NCBI GenBank assembly: GCA_032718475.1
Contig: JAUCBJ010005021.1
Coordinates: 1 to 64,000 of the forward strand
Source of the DNA: Nemertoderma westbladi
Lineage: Eukaryota; Animalia; Xenacoelomorpha
Length of the DNA stretch: 64,000 bases
Direction: 5' to 3'
The notes under the pieces were generated by a model, which saw only the letters and a program-made list of their open reading frames with translations, did not search any database and had not been told where the DNA came from. How positions within the stretch are numbered: position 1 is the first letter of the stretch; each line of letters starts with the position of its first letter. A program made the position numbers and the translations under genes. Below are positions 24,686-38,599 of the stretch, piece by piece.

Positions 24686-27478
24686 AAGACGTTGTCCGTG
24701 ACATCTAAATTTTATTTCAGTGCGCAAATTGTGACGCTCTTAAAAAAAGTCACGCTCTTATTAGTAGGCATTATTATATATTTATATACGTTGCATGTCC
24801 CTGGTGTGTTTACGTAGCAGTGTAGTAAATTCTTTCAGTAAATAATAATGTATAATATAACAAGAAAATTAGATTCCCATTGCGGTCATGTTCAGTTCAT
24901 GTTTGAAATTTTGCATCAATTTTTTTTTGCATTTTGTGTTTCAGTGTTGTCTATTTTTTTTATAATAATTTAATTATATAGTATCGTTTGTGGCAAGCTA
25001 ATAAATAAATACAATTAGCGTAGAGGTTAAACCCATTGCCTTGAATTTACAGGTCGTTCGATTCCGGTAGGGGGCCAGGACAGTTTTCTTTTCGGCACGA
25101 ATGCTTAATAAAGGGACTGGCCCGGGCGCAACTGCAGAAGAAAATGTTATAGAATCATGATTAAATTCCTTATCAGAAAACTGGAAAAGGTCCAAGTTTG
25201 AGCCATTCGAATGCAATGTAGGCCAATATATGTAGGCCGCACTAAATATGTAGGCCTCACTTATTCAGAAACCTCTTTAAAGTGAAGTGTCACTTAATTT
25301 AATGAAAATGTCTAATATTTAAGCCAATTTAATTAGGAGTTTTAACAATTAGCTCAAAGCCCAGATGTGGGATTCGAGACGCTATGATGTCTGGAATTTA
25401 CTTTTCAATTACTTTTGTTTCCACTTAATGGAAATTGAAATCTTACAGGAAGTTCACCAGGGAGTCTCCTGTTTTCAGTATTTATTATTAATAGATTACT
25501 AAAATCTATATACGCACTGTAGGCTGTAGGCTGTAGGGCTGTAGGCATAATATAGGATGTAGGAATATAACGTGTACTTCCTGTAAAGTCTGTAATGTCC
25601 AATTTGATTATTTGAATTTCACGGCGAAATTGCCATTTGAAAAGTTCTCATAGCGAGCACTTTTCAATAAATTTGAGGTGGTGTAATTCCGTTATTATCA
25701 GCTTATGGCGATTTTCGCGGTTTGTGATTTTATTGGAAGATGGAAAGTAGTCAATGGACAAAAGTGAAAAAAATTTCATATTAAAATACATATCATCATT
25801 ATATCAAAGTACATCTGAAATCTGCCCGCACATTAAGTAAAAGTAGAGAAGAATATTAATACAATAAAGCTACTAAATATTCTAAGTGTTCCTTATTACG
25901 TGTATTGTCTGGCAAAATGGCATTTTGGTCAACTAAATCATAGACAATGATATTGAATCGATATTTACCGGGGGTCTTTGCCACCTTAAACCCCCCACCC
26001 CCTCCCCCACCCCCACCTAAACGGTTCCTCGTTGAAATTATACTAAAATTAAATGTTTTCCAAAAACACTCCCGCCTCAGATTCTGCTGACAAGAAACTG
26101 TTTTGCACATACAGTGGCCCGCCATATCGTACTGCAAAATATCCGAATGCATTTAAATCCAGCTACGAATTTTAATCTTTAATGAAGTTGACTTATGAAA
26201 AGGACAAAGAGAAAATGACATTAATAAACAGTAAATCTAATATTATATTTTACAAAATATATTAAATAAAAACAGTGGGTTGCTACTGGGGTTGCAACCT
26301 CAACAAGATGAAATGAATTGATGGTAACTTTTGATCTTCCGAAATGAACTTCTGCTGGTCAGCATTCATCACCGAAATATTTCCAGCAGCGGATATTTAT
26401 GTTATTCCTAAAATAATTTTCCCTTTATTGTATCACAAGTATAAACAGCTGTTTATTGTACAAACTTCCATATACTAGGGCCAATGGGATACAACCAAGA
26501 GGAGCCCACTAAAAGCTTGTAATGAATGGGAGAATCTTTTAGGCTCGTTAAGCCAAGGAATGCCTGTATATATTGGACCTGTATATATTGGACTATATTA
26601 TTATATACGATATTGTAATGTGTATAGTGTAGCGCTACTATAGATTGCACGAAATAAATAGTTGCAATTCAATAATTTTATTGTTGCCAATTATAACTCT
26701 ATTGTACACTATTGTGTATTATACACTATAATTCAACCAAAATAACGCAAAAATAAAATATATATAGGCTATATTTAAGATGCAATCGTGGTTCCAGTGG
26801 TTCCATATTTAAGATTTTATGATTCGTATATTTTAATATTATTTAGTATTTTAATGTAACCTTGACGCATCCACCATTCTCAGTGGGAAATACAAGAAGA
26901 TTTACGTAAACCAAAACTCCCCACGAGTTTCGCTCTCACATTTATAATAATAATTTATAATAATACTCACTTCCTTTTGCTTTGCCACGATTTGGAGCGA
27001 GGCAACCTACATACGATTAACTACGGAATTACCAACAAATTAATCAACAAAAAAGTTGAAATAGTTTACCTGACCGATGCGAAATACATAATATATACAG
27101 AAAGTGGCAACTTGGCTAATTACCAATCAACCAAGAGAACCGCTATCTATGATTTTCGATTGGCTATGAACGCATATCGAATTAGGATCTGTTTGGCTTC
27201 ATTTAATATGATGGACCTTGCATGGCATTGCACATAGAAAGCTGGCTATATAACCGAATATCCTGCAAAACGCAACGCATCAGGAATCTCTAACGCTATT
27301 ATCGCCTCTCCGCCACAGACCGTCATCTTATTAATAATTAAATTCTCACATAATAATTTCCAAATTGGAAAATATGGAAAATAGATAACATTTTACAAGA
27401 AGTTCTACATTCGCTAACAAAGTAACAGTACAGTAGTAACAGTCAGTCGGCGTTGGTACACAATGTGGTTCGCAGTTA

Positions 27479-27800
27479 CTCTGGAGTACCGAATAGACGG
27501 GGTGGGTGGAAAATTGTGAAAACTTAAAAGGCCTATTTACTTAACATACAGTATAGGCGTACAGGTACAGTAGTACGTACATACGGCTACCGGTGGTATA
27601 CTCGGTACACGGTTTCGTTTTCTTTTCTTTCACTTTCAACTCTCAAATTATTATGAGAAGAAACGTTTATTTACTCATAATAAAAAATGCACTAATTTTT
27701 TAGAAAAAATTAATAGTGGTGTCTGGAATAGGATAATTGTGGGTGGATTTTTTTTCAAAAATTTACAGCCGTGTCGCCCTTTCTATTCGGGACTCCAGAT
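27479..27800. mobile_element. Tc1/mariner-type MITE
   Basis: TIR CTCTGGAGTACCGAATAG / CTATTCGGGACTCCAGAT flanked by TA on both sides. Confidence 0.75.
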
Positions 27801-28049
27801 TATGTGGTTTTAGTGAAAGAAAGCTAGTATTGCTAACCCGGGACCCCCAATGTAGTTTTCTGCAATAAAATTAAGTTATCTGTACGCGCGTTAAATTGAT
27901 CTTTCTAAGTTGAAATATAATTTAATTTAAAGTTAGTATTTAGACGGAAATTTACCGCAACAATTACCTGTAATTAATCAAACATCGGTATATTTAAGTT
28001 CCAACAATCTGGTATGGTTGGATTTTGGATATGTTGCTATCCTTGTTAA

Positions 28050-29233
28050 CTCTATTAGTACCGGGCTATAAAATGTTGTAAAATTACCGCGGGGGCTAAT
28101 ATTGACCCCCCATCTAAAAACTCTAAAAACATCTAAAAACTCTAAAATCTACAACTTTTAACGAAAACGTCTGATTTTTTGTTTGAACGTAGATTTCACT
28201 AGATTGAAAGTTACAATTTTCGGCTAATATTTTTCAATACAGGTTTTCTCGGGCGCAAAATCCATTTAAAATATTTAAAAATGATCTGATTACTATAAAT
28301 GGCTGTGATAGTCCTTTACGTAGGTAAAAAATGAAAAAGGAAGTTACCAGCACTTTTCAGGTAGATAGAACACAAAATTTTTAATTCACTTATACGATGT
28401 TATAAATTCACATTTTCAGTCCTTCCACTGCGCTGATTCTAATGGAATTCTAATGGATTTTCGGCGCAATATGGCAAATTTTGGTGCCAGCACCATATTT
28501 CGTACCCATCGCCAAAAAGTACAAGTTTGAGATATCGAGTACTTTTTTTATTGATTCCATCGGATTCAGAAACAACATTTCAAAAGTTCACTCAAAAACA
28601 AGATTCCGCAAGAAACAATATGATACTACTGTATCTTTTGATTAATTTACTTATTTTCATAAATTTGGTGCTTGCACAACAATTTTCACCCACCGCCAAA
28701 AAATACAAGTTTGAAAACTCTTATGCAATTTTTACTTATTCCATTGAATTCAGAACCGTCACAAACCGGTATATCACAAGAAACAAGGTGACACAATCAA
28801 TTGATATATATGATGTTTTTAAAATTTGGGCTAGCACCAAATTTTGCACAAGAACAAAAACAAGTTTGAAATTTCTAAATTAATTTATGTGAATTCCATC
28901 TAATTGCAAACACCAAAAAATAGGTGTAAATAAAAAACTACAGATGTTTCAAATTGTAATTTGTAAAATTGTAATTCAAATTTTGTAATGTAAATGTAAG
29001 TTTCAAAAAAAGACTCAAAAAAGTGCCAAAAGTAGGGTTAAAAAATGGTGATATAACTCGAAAACTTCCCAATATTTTTGAAAACCGTTTCCACTATTAG
29101 GAAGACAATAGACTTTTAGGAAAAGTCATAAAATTTGAGTTTCCCTACTGCGTTTGTTTCACAGTTATAACATAGAATCCATGGGGGGGGGGGGGGGGGG
29201 GTCATATTGACCCTACCTCCGGGTTTAATAGGG
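28050..29233. mobile_element. piggyBac-type non-autonomous element
   Basis: TTAA on both flanks, imperfect TIR CTCTATTAGTACCGGG / CCGGGTTTAATAGGG, and a ggggg..atattgaccc subterminal motif at both ends. Confidence 0.75.
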
Positions 29234-30188
29234 TTAAGCATAAATTAAACATAGATACCTAATTTCAATGAAATTGCAATTTCTTCATTGTATGTTAATA
29301 TAATTAAATATTTCATTAAATTTAATTGTTTGCGAGGTACATGCCATGATATTTTAAAGTGATTGATAAAGAACAATATCTGTGTGGATAGTAAATACTG
29401 TGGACTATAATTTATTGGATCGTCGACCTTATTGTAGCTTAACTTATGAAGTTTGGAGGATGAGAAGATTAAAGAGGATGAGGTACGGTCCACTGCATCA
29501 TGTTGGTTCCATCAATATGATTACCAGTATAAATGACAACATTTAATTTGCTGATTTAATTGGCCAGTGTTGATAATTCTAAATGCTGAAGATCACAATT
29601 TTCACTTGCGGTCAATGTGCGTCAGTATCTGTGATAATAATAAATACTAAAAGGAACCAGCCTATATTCGAGATGTTGTAGCCTGCACCAAAATAATATG
29701 AAACTTTACAACGACCATATCTCAGGAATCGTTCCACCAAAATTCGGGCATGTGAACATTATAAACATGTTTCAAACCTGTTTTTGAATCTTGCTTTGCT
29801 TTCTAATGATATCCATAATTCATGTTTAATTTAAAGAACAGCCATGGTGAAAGTGGGGAAATTTACAGATAGGTAAATCGACTCAATGGTCGGCTATATG
29901 AATCCAATAACAATGCGTCTACTCTAATTACTGTCCCACATTTTCATGTACAGCATTTGATTGGTTAATTGGTATAACTACGTACTATATATATTAGTTG
30001 GCCAGTTATTACTATTAATTATATACAGTTTTTAATGTCTATTAGGTGTCTTATAGTGTATGTATTAACTATTAGTATATGAAAGCCGACCAGCCGACCA
30101 CAGGTGACTTCGGGAGGATCGCTAGAAGTCGGCTAGTTTACATAGGGAGTATTTAGGTTAGGCCAAGTTCCAACCACTCTTGGGCCGT

Positions 30189-30297
30189 GTATAAAGGCGA
30201 CTATTCGACCCAATGAACTGAGGGTATTATGTAAGCCGACCAGCCGGCCACTTGCGACTTACTCTCAGTTCACTGGGTCGAATAGTCGCATTTATAC
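30189..30297. repeat. ~38-bp inverted repeat enclosing an AAGCCGACCAGCCG motif
   Basis: 30189-30226 vs 30260-30297, with three mismatches. The motif also occurs at about 30083. Confidence 0.8.
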
Positions 30298-31599
30298 CTG
30301 TATAACATAATATAATAATATAATTATCATATAAAAAGTATTACTTACTGTACAGTAAATTTAGTACTTTAGTAAGAAATTATTATTTAGCCGTACAATA
30401 AACATTATACCAATTATATTTCCCAAAACGTTATGAGTTATAGTTAATTAGACAAGAAAGCTTGTGTTAGGCCTCGACCGTGCGACCATTAGTCGCCAAA
30501 AACGGGTCGAATGGGATTTGTCGAAAATACCGTAATCTCAACGGTTTGTTGATATAATGAGTTGTATTTTAAACTTGAAGTCATGTGAAAACGATTTGTA
30601 GAAAATACTGTAGTATGTTAAAAGTGAATTAAGGGCCGTGGTCTGTACGTGTTGTATCGGACAATCTCTCTGTTATGGCCTGCCTACGCTATTTGGAGGG
30701 TACGGTAATTATATAATTGTTTAATAAAAACTAGCGGGAATAAATACATCGATCTCCATCTACTGTAGTAGTCTCCTGAGAGCTTGTGAAGTAGGTTAGA
30801 AGTAGTTTCTACGATTAGAGTTGATGATATATGTCAAAGTTGTAAATATTGATAAATTTTCTCGGAATCTTTCTTCTCCGACCGAGGATGTGCCGTGGGT
30901 ATATACCAATGGGAGCAGCACATTCGCCTGAAAGAAAAGCGCACCCATCTACTGCATTGGAAAATCAATACCGTACACCGTAGCATAGAATAGTTTTGTA
31001 TATTCGTATTTACCTATGCCATTCTGTTTGTGTAACAAAATCCATTATTGATGTGGGAAAGCTCATTTATTATACCCCCTTAAGGGAGAGCCCCAGCCAC
31101 ATACAATGTCAAACTCAAGGCCAAACAGCAACGTTACAGTGCAGCGGTAATCCAATCCCACCAAATTCCGCATATTAAAATTTTCATTTTTAAACTGTGA
31201 AAACATGTTGGTTGTTTAAATTCATACGAAAGTGACATTTAACATGGCATTTTGGGTGGGGTTCAGATTGACCAAGCAAATGTCGTACAATAACGAGTTT
31301 TACTAAGTGAGTGCCAGCCCAGCATGCCAGGGGTTCCAGACAAAAAAAGACTAAATAGCGTTAACAAATATTATTCTTTATAATATTAATATACTACACT
31401 AGATATAAAATAGTAATATATTATCCTCAGTCTCTTTCATCACCCATGTTCAGTTCACTTATCTCAAGTTCACTTCCCTAGTAGCCTACTAAAATATCTT
31501 GTGTTTCATAAGTTGGTAGTTATTCTAGTTGAGGTTACGGAACTGGTTAAATTTCATCTTGGCTTCGGCGACTCTCTCATCGACAACAACATCTCGTGG

Positions 31600-31870
31600 A
31601 TGTCGACCGTTGGGAGCTGCTCTACGGAACAGTTGTGAAGTTCTCGCGGAGTTGTAGTTGAGCATTTCACTAGACCGCTACGCCACCACTCAGCTCGGCA
31701 TGGTTATCTGTTCGTGGTCCATCTATAACCTCATTGAGGTTGCAAAGTAACGGCTGTGGGTGTTCGAGGAACCATTGACGCTATAAGTAGTTCGAGAACC
31801 GCAATAGACCCGCATCAATCAATGCTCAATAATTATTCAACAAGTTCTTAAATTCTCTGACTGGGGGCAG
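31600..31870 (-). pseudogene. Mutator/MULE transposase relic
   Basis: Minus-strand translation LLRFSNYL*RQW...CNL...GPRTDNHAE resembles the MULE Y..W...RTNN..E motif. Confidence 0.5.
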
Positions 31871-32049
31871 ATGGGACAGTTGTTGGGGATGGAAGTGCAC
31901 TGGGCGTAGAATGGGAAAACACGTATGATTACAATCTCCATGGAGAAAAATATCAACCGACTCTATTGGGGTTAACTGGATAGATATACACTAGAACTAG
32001 ATAGTAACTGAAGACGCATGTTGTGAAGTTTGATACTTGGAAAGTGGTT

Positions 32050-32350
32050 TCGAGCCACAATGGGGTCGATTGATATTTTTCACTATGGAGGTTGAGGTCC
32101 AGCACCTGGCGTTCGGCAGAACTAAGATGATAGTTCCGGATAGTGATCTCAGATTCCCGGAACGATGGATTCATTAGTTTATTACTGACATCCTAGCTGG
32201 CTATCAGATGGAAGGAGTTGTAAGTATAGTCCGGGTGGGGATGGATTTGTATGATCTCATCCTATTGAATCTTCCCCATAGCTGGAATTATCGCCGCCCT
32301 GTCCTTATCATTGAGTCTACCAGAAAAACCCCAAGTCAAGTGCACACCCC
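32050..32350 (-). pseudogene. CR1/L2-type LINE ORF1 C-terminal relic
   Basis: YNSFHLIAS*DVSNKLMNPSFRESEITIRNY resembles the SF.....L..P.FW..GI.VR.F ORF1 motif. Confidence 0.4.
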
Positions 32351-32449
32351 TTGACTTGTAGGTAACAGCCAAGAGAGATAAGAGCCTTGGTGTTTATTAT
32401 TATTATATTCTATATTACAGATACCACCCCAAAAAATTATTTTAGTAAA

Positions 32450-32646
32450 GAAGTAAAGACGATATCATACCAGCAACAATCTGGTAACCATCACAAGGAA
32501 TGCGTAGCCGCGGTAGACCGACTATGGCATATTCAGAAAGGGATACTGGACTTGGGAGAAACGAAATTGCGACAACTATGGAGAATCGGGAAGCTTGGAA
32601 GGATCTCATTTCCACTGCCCGAGTTCGTTAGACCCAGTAGTAGTAG
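32450..32646 (+). mobile_element. 5'-truncated RTE family-A 3' end
   Basis: Nearly identical to the reverse complement of 13765-13875, preceded by RSRGRP, ending in a (TAG)n tail. Confidence 0.85.
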
Positions 32647-35489
32647 ATGGATCCCAAGTTTGGGGCTACCATGGATGTAAGGATGTGGAAAAAAATTTAT
32701 CAAATTCCTGAAAAGGGATGCTGGATTATCGTACAACACTCCCAACTTTAAAGTTTATGGCGAACTCGAGTTTTCCCCCTGAAAGTCAGTGAAAGTCATA
32801 TCTAAATTATTTATATTTATCATATTTAAATTCTGGCTAAAAATTATAAAAAATTAACAGAGGTTATGTTAATAAAAAGCTAGCATAGGCTATATTAGTC
32901 TGAAACACAGTGTGGGAAATCTTGGGGCGGGCTACACAAGTTTTACCTTTTAGATAGCATTACTTTAGTAGTACCTTTTAAATAGTTAATAGGCGGGTGA
33001 GTACAAAACAAAGACCAAAACCCACGACCCACTGTACAAAACAAAGAGGTAAAGTTGCGTTCGGTCCCAAAGAAAGAGCGTTAGGGTTAACGTTATGTAA
33101 AGGAGCAGGTTACAGAGGCGTGTTGGGGGAACCAAAACAATAAACGAAAGTTAGCACATGTTACAACAACGGACAAACATTGCTTCCTAGCTACTGTTAA
33201 ACAAAAAGACAGAGGAAAATGCATAAAATGCAGTAAAATGCAGAAAAATTACATGGTATAGATAATTATGGTGGCATCCTTTACGTAAAAAAATTGGTTT
33301 GCGTAATCTCTAATCTAAATTACATAGGGCCATTTCGGACTTCAGTACAGCAGGTGCTGTTGTTATAACCTCTATATCAAATCGGGAAGATGGACCGACT
33401 TGCTGACCATAACAAAGGGCACCGAGCTGGTTAAACAGCTTCTAAGATGAGAATGCCTTAGCCGTTTCAGCCGATTTTGTGTTAATCTATAAAAAATGAA
33501 ATGTACATTGTACAGTGTACACTATATTCTACTTGTGTAATAATTCAGATTTAATTGTGTTGATCAGTTTATTGTGCAGGGTATAAATAAAAAATAAATT
33601 GTAGCAACAACCCGTGTTTCAGGACAGTAACCAACAACCAGGTATCTTTTTAACACAACATGCCAAAAAAAGTTATTTTAGTTGAGGCCAATATTCTGTT
33701 GTATCATTTCGTAAAATTGCTCTGGTATCTTTCTTTACTTAATAATAATTGTTATAAGGAACTAAAACAGTGGATGGAAACCCGGTAGGTCTTTTGACAG
33801 GTCCCATTATAGAAAAAATTATAGGTAATTTCTGTGAATGAAAAGGATATGTCATTCTTTCATTTCTGAGACGCAAAACAACCCTGCTGTCACCCGGAGG
33901 TGTATTTGTGAACCGGGTTAAAAACTTTTGTGTTAAATTCAAGGTAGCAATAATACTTTTTGAGATGTATTCGATGTTAACTCCCTCCCGATGAGGTGTT
34001 AATTACTTCCTTATACTGTACTTATGTTTAAAGTAAGAAAAAAATTGGCTTTACTTGGTCAAAGTGTAATTATATTAGTATTCTGTACCACTATCTTGTC
34101 ACCGAATGGCGTGAAGCCTATACGTTATGGAATTGCAATGCGCCTTTTAAACTATAATTAACCAAGATTGCAGAGGCATCGGATTACCAATTTTTAATCA
34201 AAGATAATAGTTCCATCCATAGCGATGACTGTGTGATTATTTATAATATAGTGTAACGGAAAAAAAATCCTAAAGCTAATCCCTATAGTATAGAAGGCCT
34301 GCGGTAAAATGGATCAGGATTAAAATATATGAAAGTATCGGAGAATACATTACACTAAAGGATCCCTAATTCTATGTTGAAGTATCAAATATATAATTAC
34401 TGAGTATTATTCTACTGTATAATTATGAATTGATACAAACAATACGCGACACCATTAGGGGCCAACCCATAGGGGTGTTGGGGGGTGCGGCACCACCCTC
34501 AATATTTTCTTTTTTTGGGAGGGGGGGGGGGGGGGTGTTGCTAAAAACTGTGAAGATATAAATTGATATTCCCAAACTGATAAGATTACAGTTTGTACGC
34601 TACCAATTGTTTCTTATTTTAAACGTAATTATAAGGAAGTTAAATTAAAATTAAAATTATAATTAAACGTAATTATAATGATTGTTTGAGATTTTCGTAT
34701 GTGGTTGTGCTATTGGTGCATGTAAGCACAAATAGTTGCATAATCTTTACCACAGCAGTAATATTTATTTTTGAGATGTCACCCTGGCCCTTAAAATGAT
34801 TCTTTGTCTTCAGTTGTCCCTTGGGATATAAAGCTTCGTTTTAGAGTCTTCTAAATACTTATTAATATTATGTTGATTAGAGTAAGGCACTCTCTTAATA
34901 TAATGCTGAGAATTAGATTGATGATGCCCTGATGACACAGGTTCCACGGGTTTAATTGTAAGTGAACTTTCATGGACTAGCTGGTCATTAGTTATTCCTG
35001 ATATGAAATCGTTGTCAATAGATGATGATCTAGGTTCACTGTGAAAATTGTACCTGTTACTGTAGTTACAGTAGGAACTGGGTGTTGTGAATTCTGGATG
35101 GGTAATATTTTTCCTCTTTTTTGTTGTTCCCAAGAATCTTCCGCAATGTTAAGGGAGGCCATTCATTTGCAAAGTGGTTGTCGGCTGCAATAGAACATTG
35201 TGTAATAGATCCAACTGTCTACTCATATTTTTCATCGCTTCCATAATGAATGAGACGTAACTAGCGTTTGAGTGTGAGGGTTTGCAACATGAATTCGAAA
35301 ATGTGAGCCATCACAGTCATGGAACCTAATTAACGTAACCTGCTTTTGTGGATATCACGGGAATCGGAGTTGTGGAACGGGATCCAGTTTGTGATTTCGA
35401 CCTGCCCGTGTAATTTATTACATCTCTCCCAGGAGGGATGTAATTAATGGCACGGGCATGGTCGACGAAATCCTCTTGATAGAGTTTTG

Positions 35490-35617
35490 TACATAAATGT
35501 TTTGTATCTATGCATACTTCATCAGTGAATGTGCTTGTAAGTATTGATAGAAATGCATCTACAATGGTTGTACTGAAATAATCTTTGGCACTAAAATAAT
35601 TCGTGGCCGGATCAGAT
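35490..35617 (-). pseudogene. hAT-like transposase relic, the target of BEL-2 (continues at 51247-51285)
   Basis: Removing BEL-2 and one TSD restores the in-frame MSKTRKNPITLAESDPATNYFSAKDYFSTTIVDAFLSILTSTF, resembling the hAT segment before the dimerisation domain. Confidence 0.45.
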
Positions 35618-36778
35618 TGTAAAAGCTTTTGCGGATGTAACAAGCTATTTTTCTCCGCAATATACCGAGTAGGTATTTTAGCGGACATAACAAGCGATTT
35701 TGCCCGCTATGTCTGCATGTGTGCTTTAGCGGACATAAAAAGCCATTTTTCTCCGCAATAAGCTCAAATACTCTAAACATCGGAACTCAGATGACGACAT
35801 CTATCAGCTGTGTCCACAGTGTAACTTTTTCTTTGTTCTTTGTTAGTTCTTTGTTCGGTCGACCAATCAGAGCGGTTTTCACTCTGTGTTGGACATTGTA
35901 TACAGAAACTCACGCAATTCAGTCAGTGTGTATTTTTCCTGATGCCAGAAGACCGGCTTTGGAATTTCTGTGTTTCAGGCTTTAGCCAAACATTAGTAGG
36001 CTTGATCATAGAAACGTATAACTGTTATCTAATCAATCCAAACCACAAACCAAACTGGCAAATCAGCCTGTCATATCTCATCCAAACACCGCATTATTTT
36101 ACTGCTATTTACTGTCGGTTATTATTGTATCAGTTGATGGAATATTGTTATATTTGGATAATATCAATAAATAATCAGAAAACCCCAATCTCCTTGATAT
36201 ACTGAAGGTTAGAGAGACTGGTTACATATAACAATTGCGACTTACATTAAAGTGGTTTTGGAGTGAATATAATGCTATTTCATAGGCACTACATGTGTCG
36301 GTTGCTGTTCTCTTTATATGTGACTAAAATTAGTGAAGGTCGGCAGATCGGTGTGCAGTATTATGCGGTAGTGTGCATGAGTGTGGTAGATAACAAAGCA
36401 TCTCCTAAAGAATGCGCTTTATACGTGAATCAATAGCCATCCTGTCAGCCTGTTGTGCTTAGTGTAAGTCATAACTCTGTTTACATACTTAGAGCGCCAC
36501 GTCCTAAAGGAACTGTTGATATTTCCCGAAAGTGAATAATATTTGTCAGAGATTATATATTAACGATCAATCGAATAATACAGTATGCCTACACCGCAAT
36601 AAGGTCAGAGCTTCCGAATCCAGTCTCCCGGGTATATCCAGCGGGTGAATGGTCGCGCATAGGCTGGCTTCGGCTAATGTAGTGTATCCAATACTCGTCA
36701 TAGGCTAAAGTCGATTTATAACCTAGAAGACACCTAAATTTGGCAGGTTAAACTGCTAAAGGTCTGAAAGCGCGAACA
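35618..36778 (+). repeat. 5' LTR of BEL-2 (1161 bp)
   Basis: Near-identical to 50096-51241; by eye about ten substitutions and a few short indels. Confidence 0.97.
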
Positions 36779-37129
36779 ATAACAGTTATTGAATTCTGAT
36801 TGCAGTGTAGGCAATAAATACAGTTTAATATTGTTCTGGTAAGAACAATAACAGTTATAGCTTCTTTATTGCACGTAGGCAATAAAGGGCAAAAGTACCG
36901 GTCGACCGGTAACCAATAGGCCTGACTACCTAACCACCCGAACCGGTACTTACAGCAGTACAGGTACAGCAGTATTATTCGATTTTGATAATTATATACC
37001 GGTAGGCCTTAATATTTAATCAGGGACGGCCGCCCTGGTTTTTTATTGAGATTTTACTTATTTCTGTCAGTTTTATTTATTTGTAGGTTAATATTGAGCA
37101 GAAGACGTGTAAGCCTGCTCAGATTGTAC

Positions 37130-37710
37130 AGATAATTTGTAGGCTGGACTGTTGTCTGACTGTTGTTAGGTCTGAAGAGATTGCGGTGTGTGTAGAGTGT
37201 ATGTCCGATAAAGTACTAGTTAGGAACGTAGGGGCTTCCAGTGCTGTGAGGTAAATCCCCCTGAAAGAATAAGTCGTACTACTCGGTTAGAACGCATACT
37301 AACTAACCATTTCGGAGTCTGCATATACTGTAGTTTGTTTAGGCTTGATAGTAGTCTGCCAGCGTTTGGTCTGTATTTTTGTTTGTGTAGTCTGTACGGG
37401 TAGCGTAATATTTCTTATTTAGATAATTTGTAGGCTGGATTGTTGCCTGGCTGTTGTTAGGTCTGAAGAGATTGCGGTGTGTATAGAGTGTATGTCCGAT
37501 AAAGTACTAGTTAGGAACGTAGGGGCTTCCAGTGCTGTGAGGTAAATCCCCCTGAAAGAATAAGTCGTACTACTCGGTTAGAACGCATACTAACTAACCA
37601 TTTCGGAGTCTGCATATACTGTAGTTTGTTTGGGCTTGATAGTAGTCTGCCAGCGTTTGGTCTGTATTTTGTTTGAGTAGTCTGTACGCGTAGCGTAATA
37701 TTTATTATTC
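37130..37710 (+). repeat. 291-bp tandem duplication in the BEL-2 5' leader
   Basis: 37130-37420 is repeated at 37421-37710 with few differences. Confidence 0.92.
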
Positions 37711-38599
37711 AGAGTTTATGCGATTGTTCGCAACATTCACAACCCCAAGTTTATTCCTAGCTGTTTGGCGTAGGTAAAGACTGGTGATTTTATGCTCCTG
37801 TCACTCCGGCAGATACCGTGGTTCCTTTAGCTGTACAAGTATTTCTAACTGCTGGTTATTTGTTGTATAAGTGCTTGTACCTAATTTAGGGTTTAGTGTA
37901 CAGTGCTTTCCGAAGGTAATTAGTGTGTAGGCAGTATATTTGTGTTGTAAAGTGGTTAATAGGCACGTTGGCTCTGGTAGGCCGCGGTAATTAACTTCTA
38001 GGTAGGAACACTCCGTGATACATAACGTAGTACTTATAGCGATACGGCTATAAGTCGTCAGATGGTGGTATTTTTCCTATCTGGACAACGCAGCATATTT
38101 ACTACTGCTTTGTTATTTTCAAATACCGTAGAATCCTGTCTGTTTGTAATAACCAGATATTCTAACCCTTTGTTAGGCTGGTTCATAGACTTCTTGTAAA
38201 ATTACCCTAAAAATTCGTACGTGTAATTTTTGTGTTTATTTAGAGATTGTAATCTCACCCCGAATTGTACGTAATTAGTAGTATTAAGTAACTTAGGCAA
38301 ATTAGAATTATTTGTTTTAGTGTCCAACAAGTAGCACTTCACTGAGAGCGTACAGCTTCTGTGCAGTGACTCCTTCCCAGAAATAATAACATTTATTTCA
38401 AATATTGACAAAAACCCATTAAACGGGTATATATATATTATAAATCAACTCAAACCGATTTATAAAGTAGTAGGCCTGTCTTACCACAATTAGGTCTTAA
38501 TGTCAGTTGGACTACTGCTTAAATAACGGTAATCAAGTAAAGTAAAGTAAACAAGTAACCCCTAAAATTCAGAAATTCAATTATTCTAAAATAATTGAC

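Noticed and set aside
28527-28883. 118-aa ORF with a hydrophobic stretch
   Set aside because: It lies in the AT-rich interior of a piggyBac-type MITE and has no recognisable motif.
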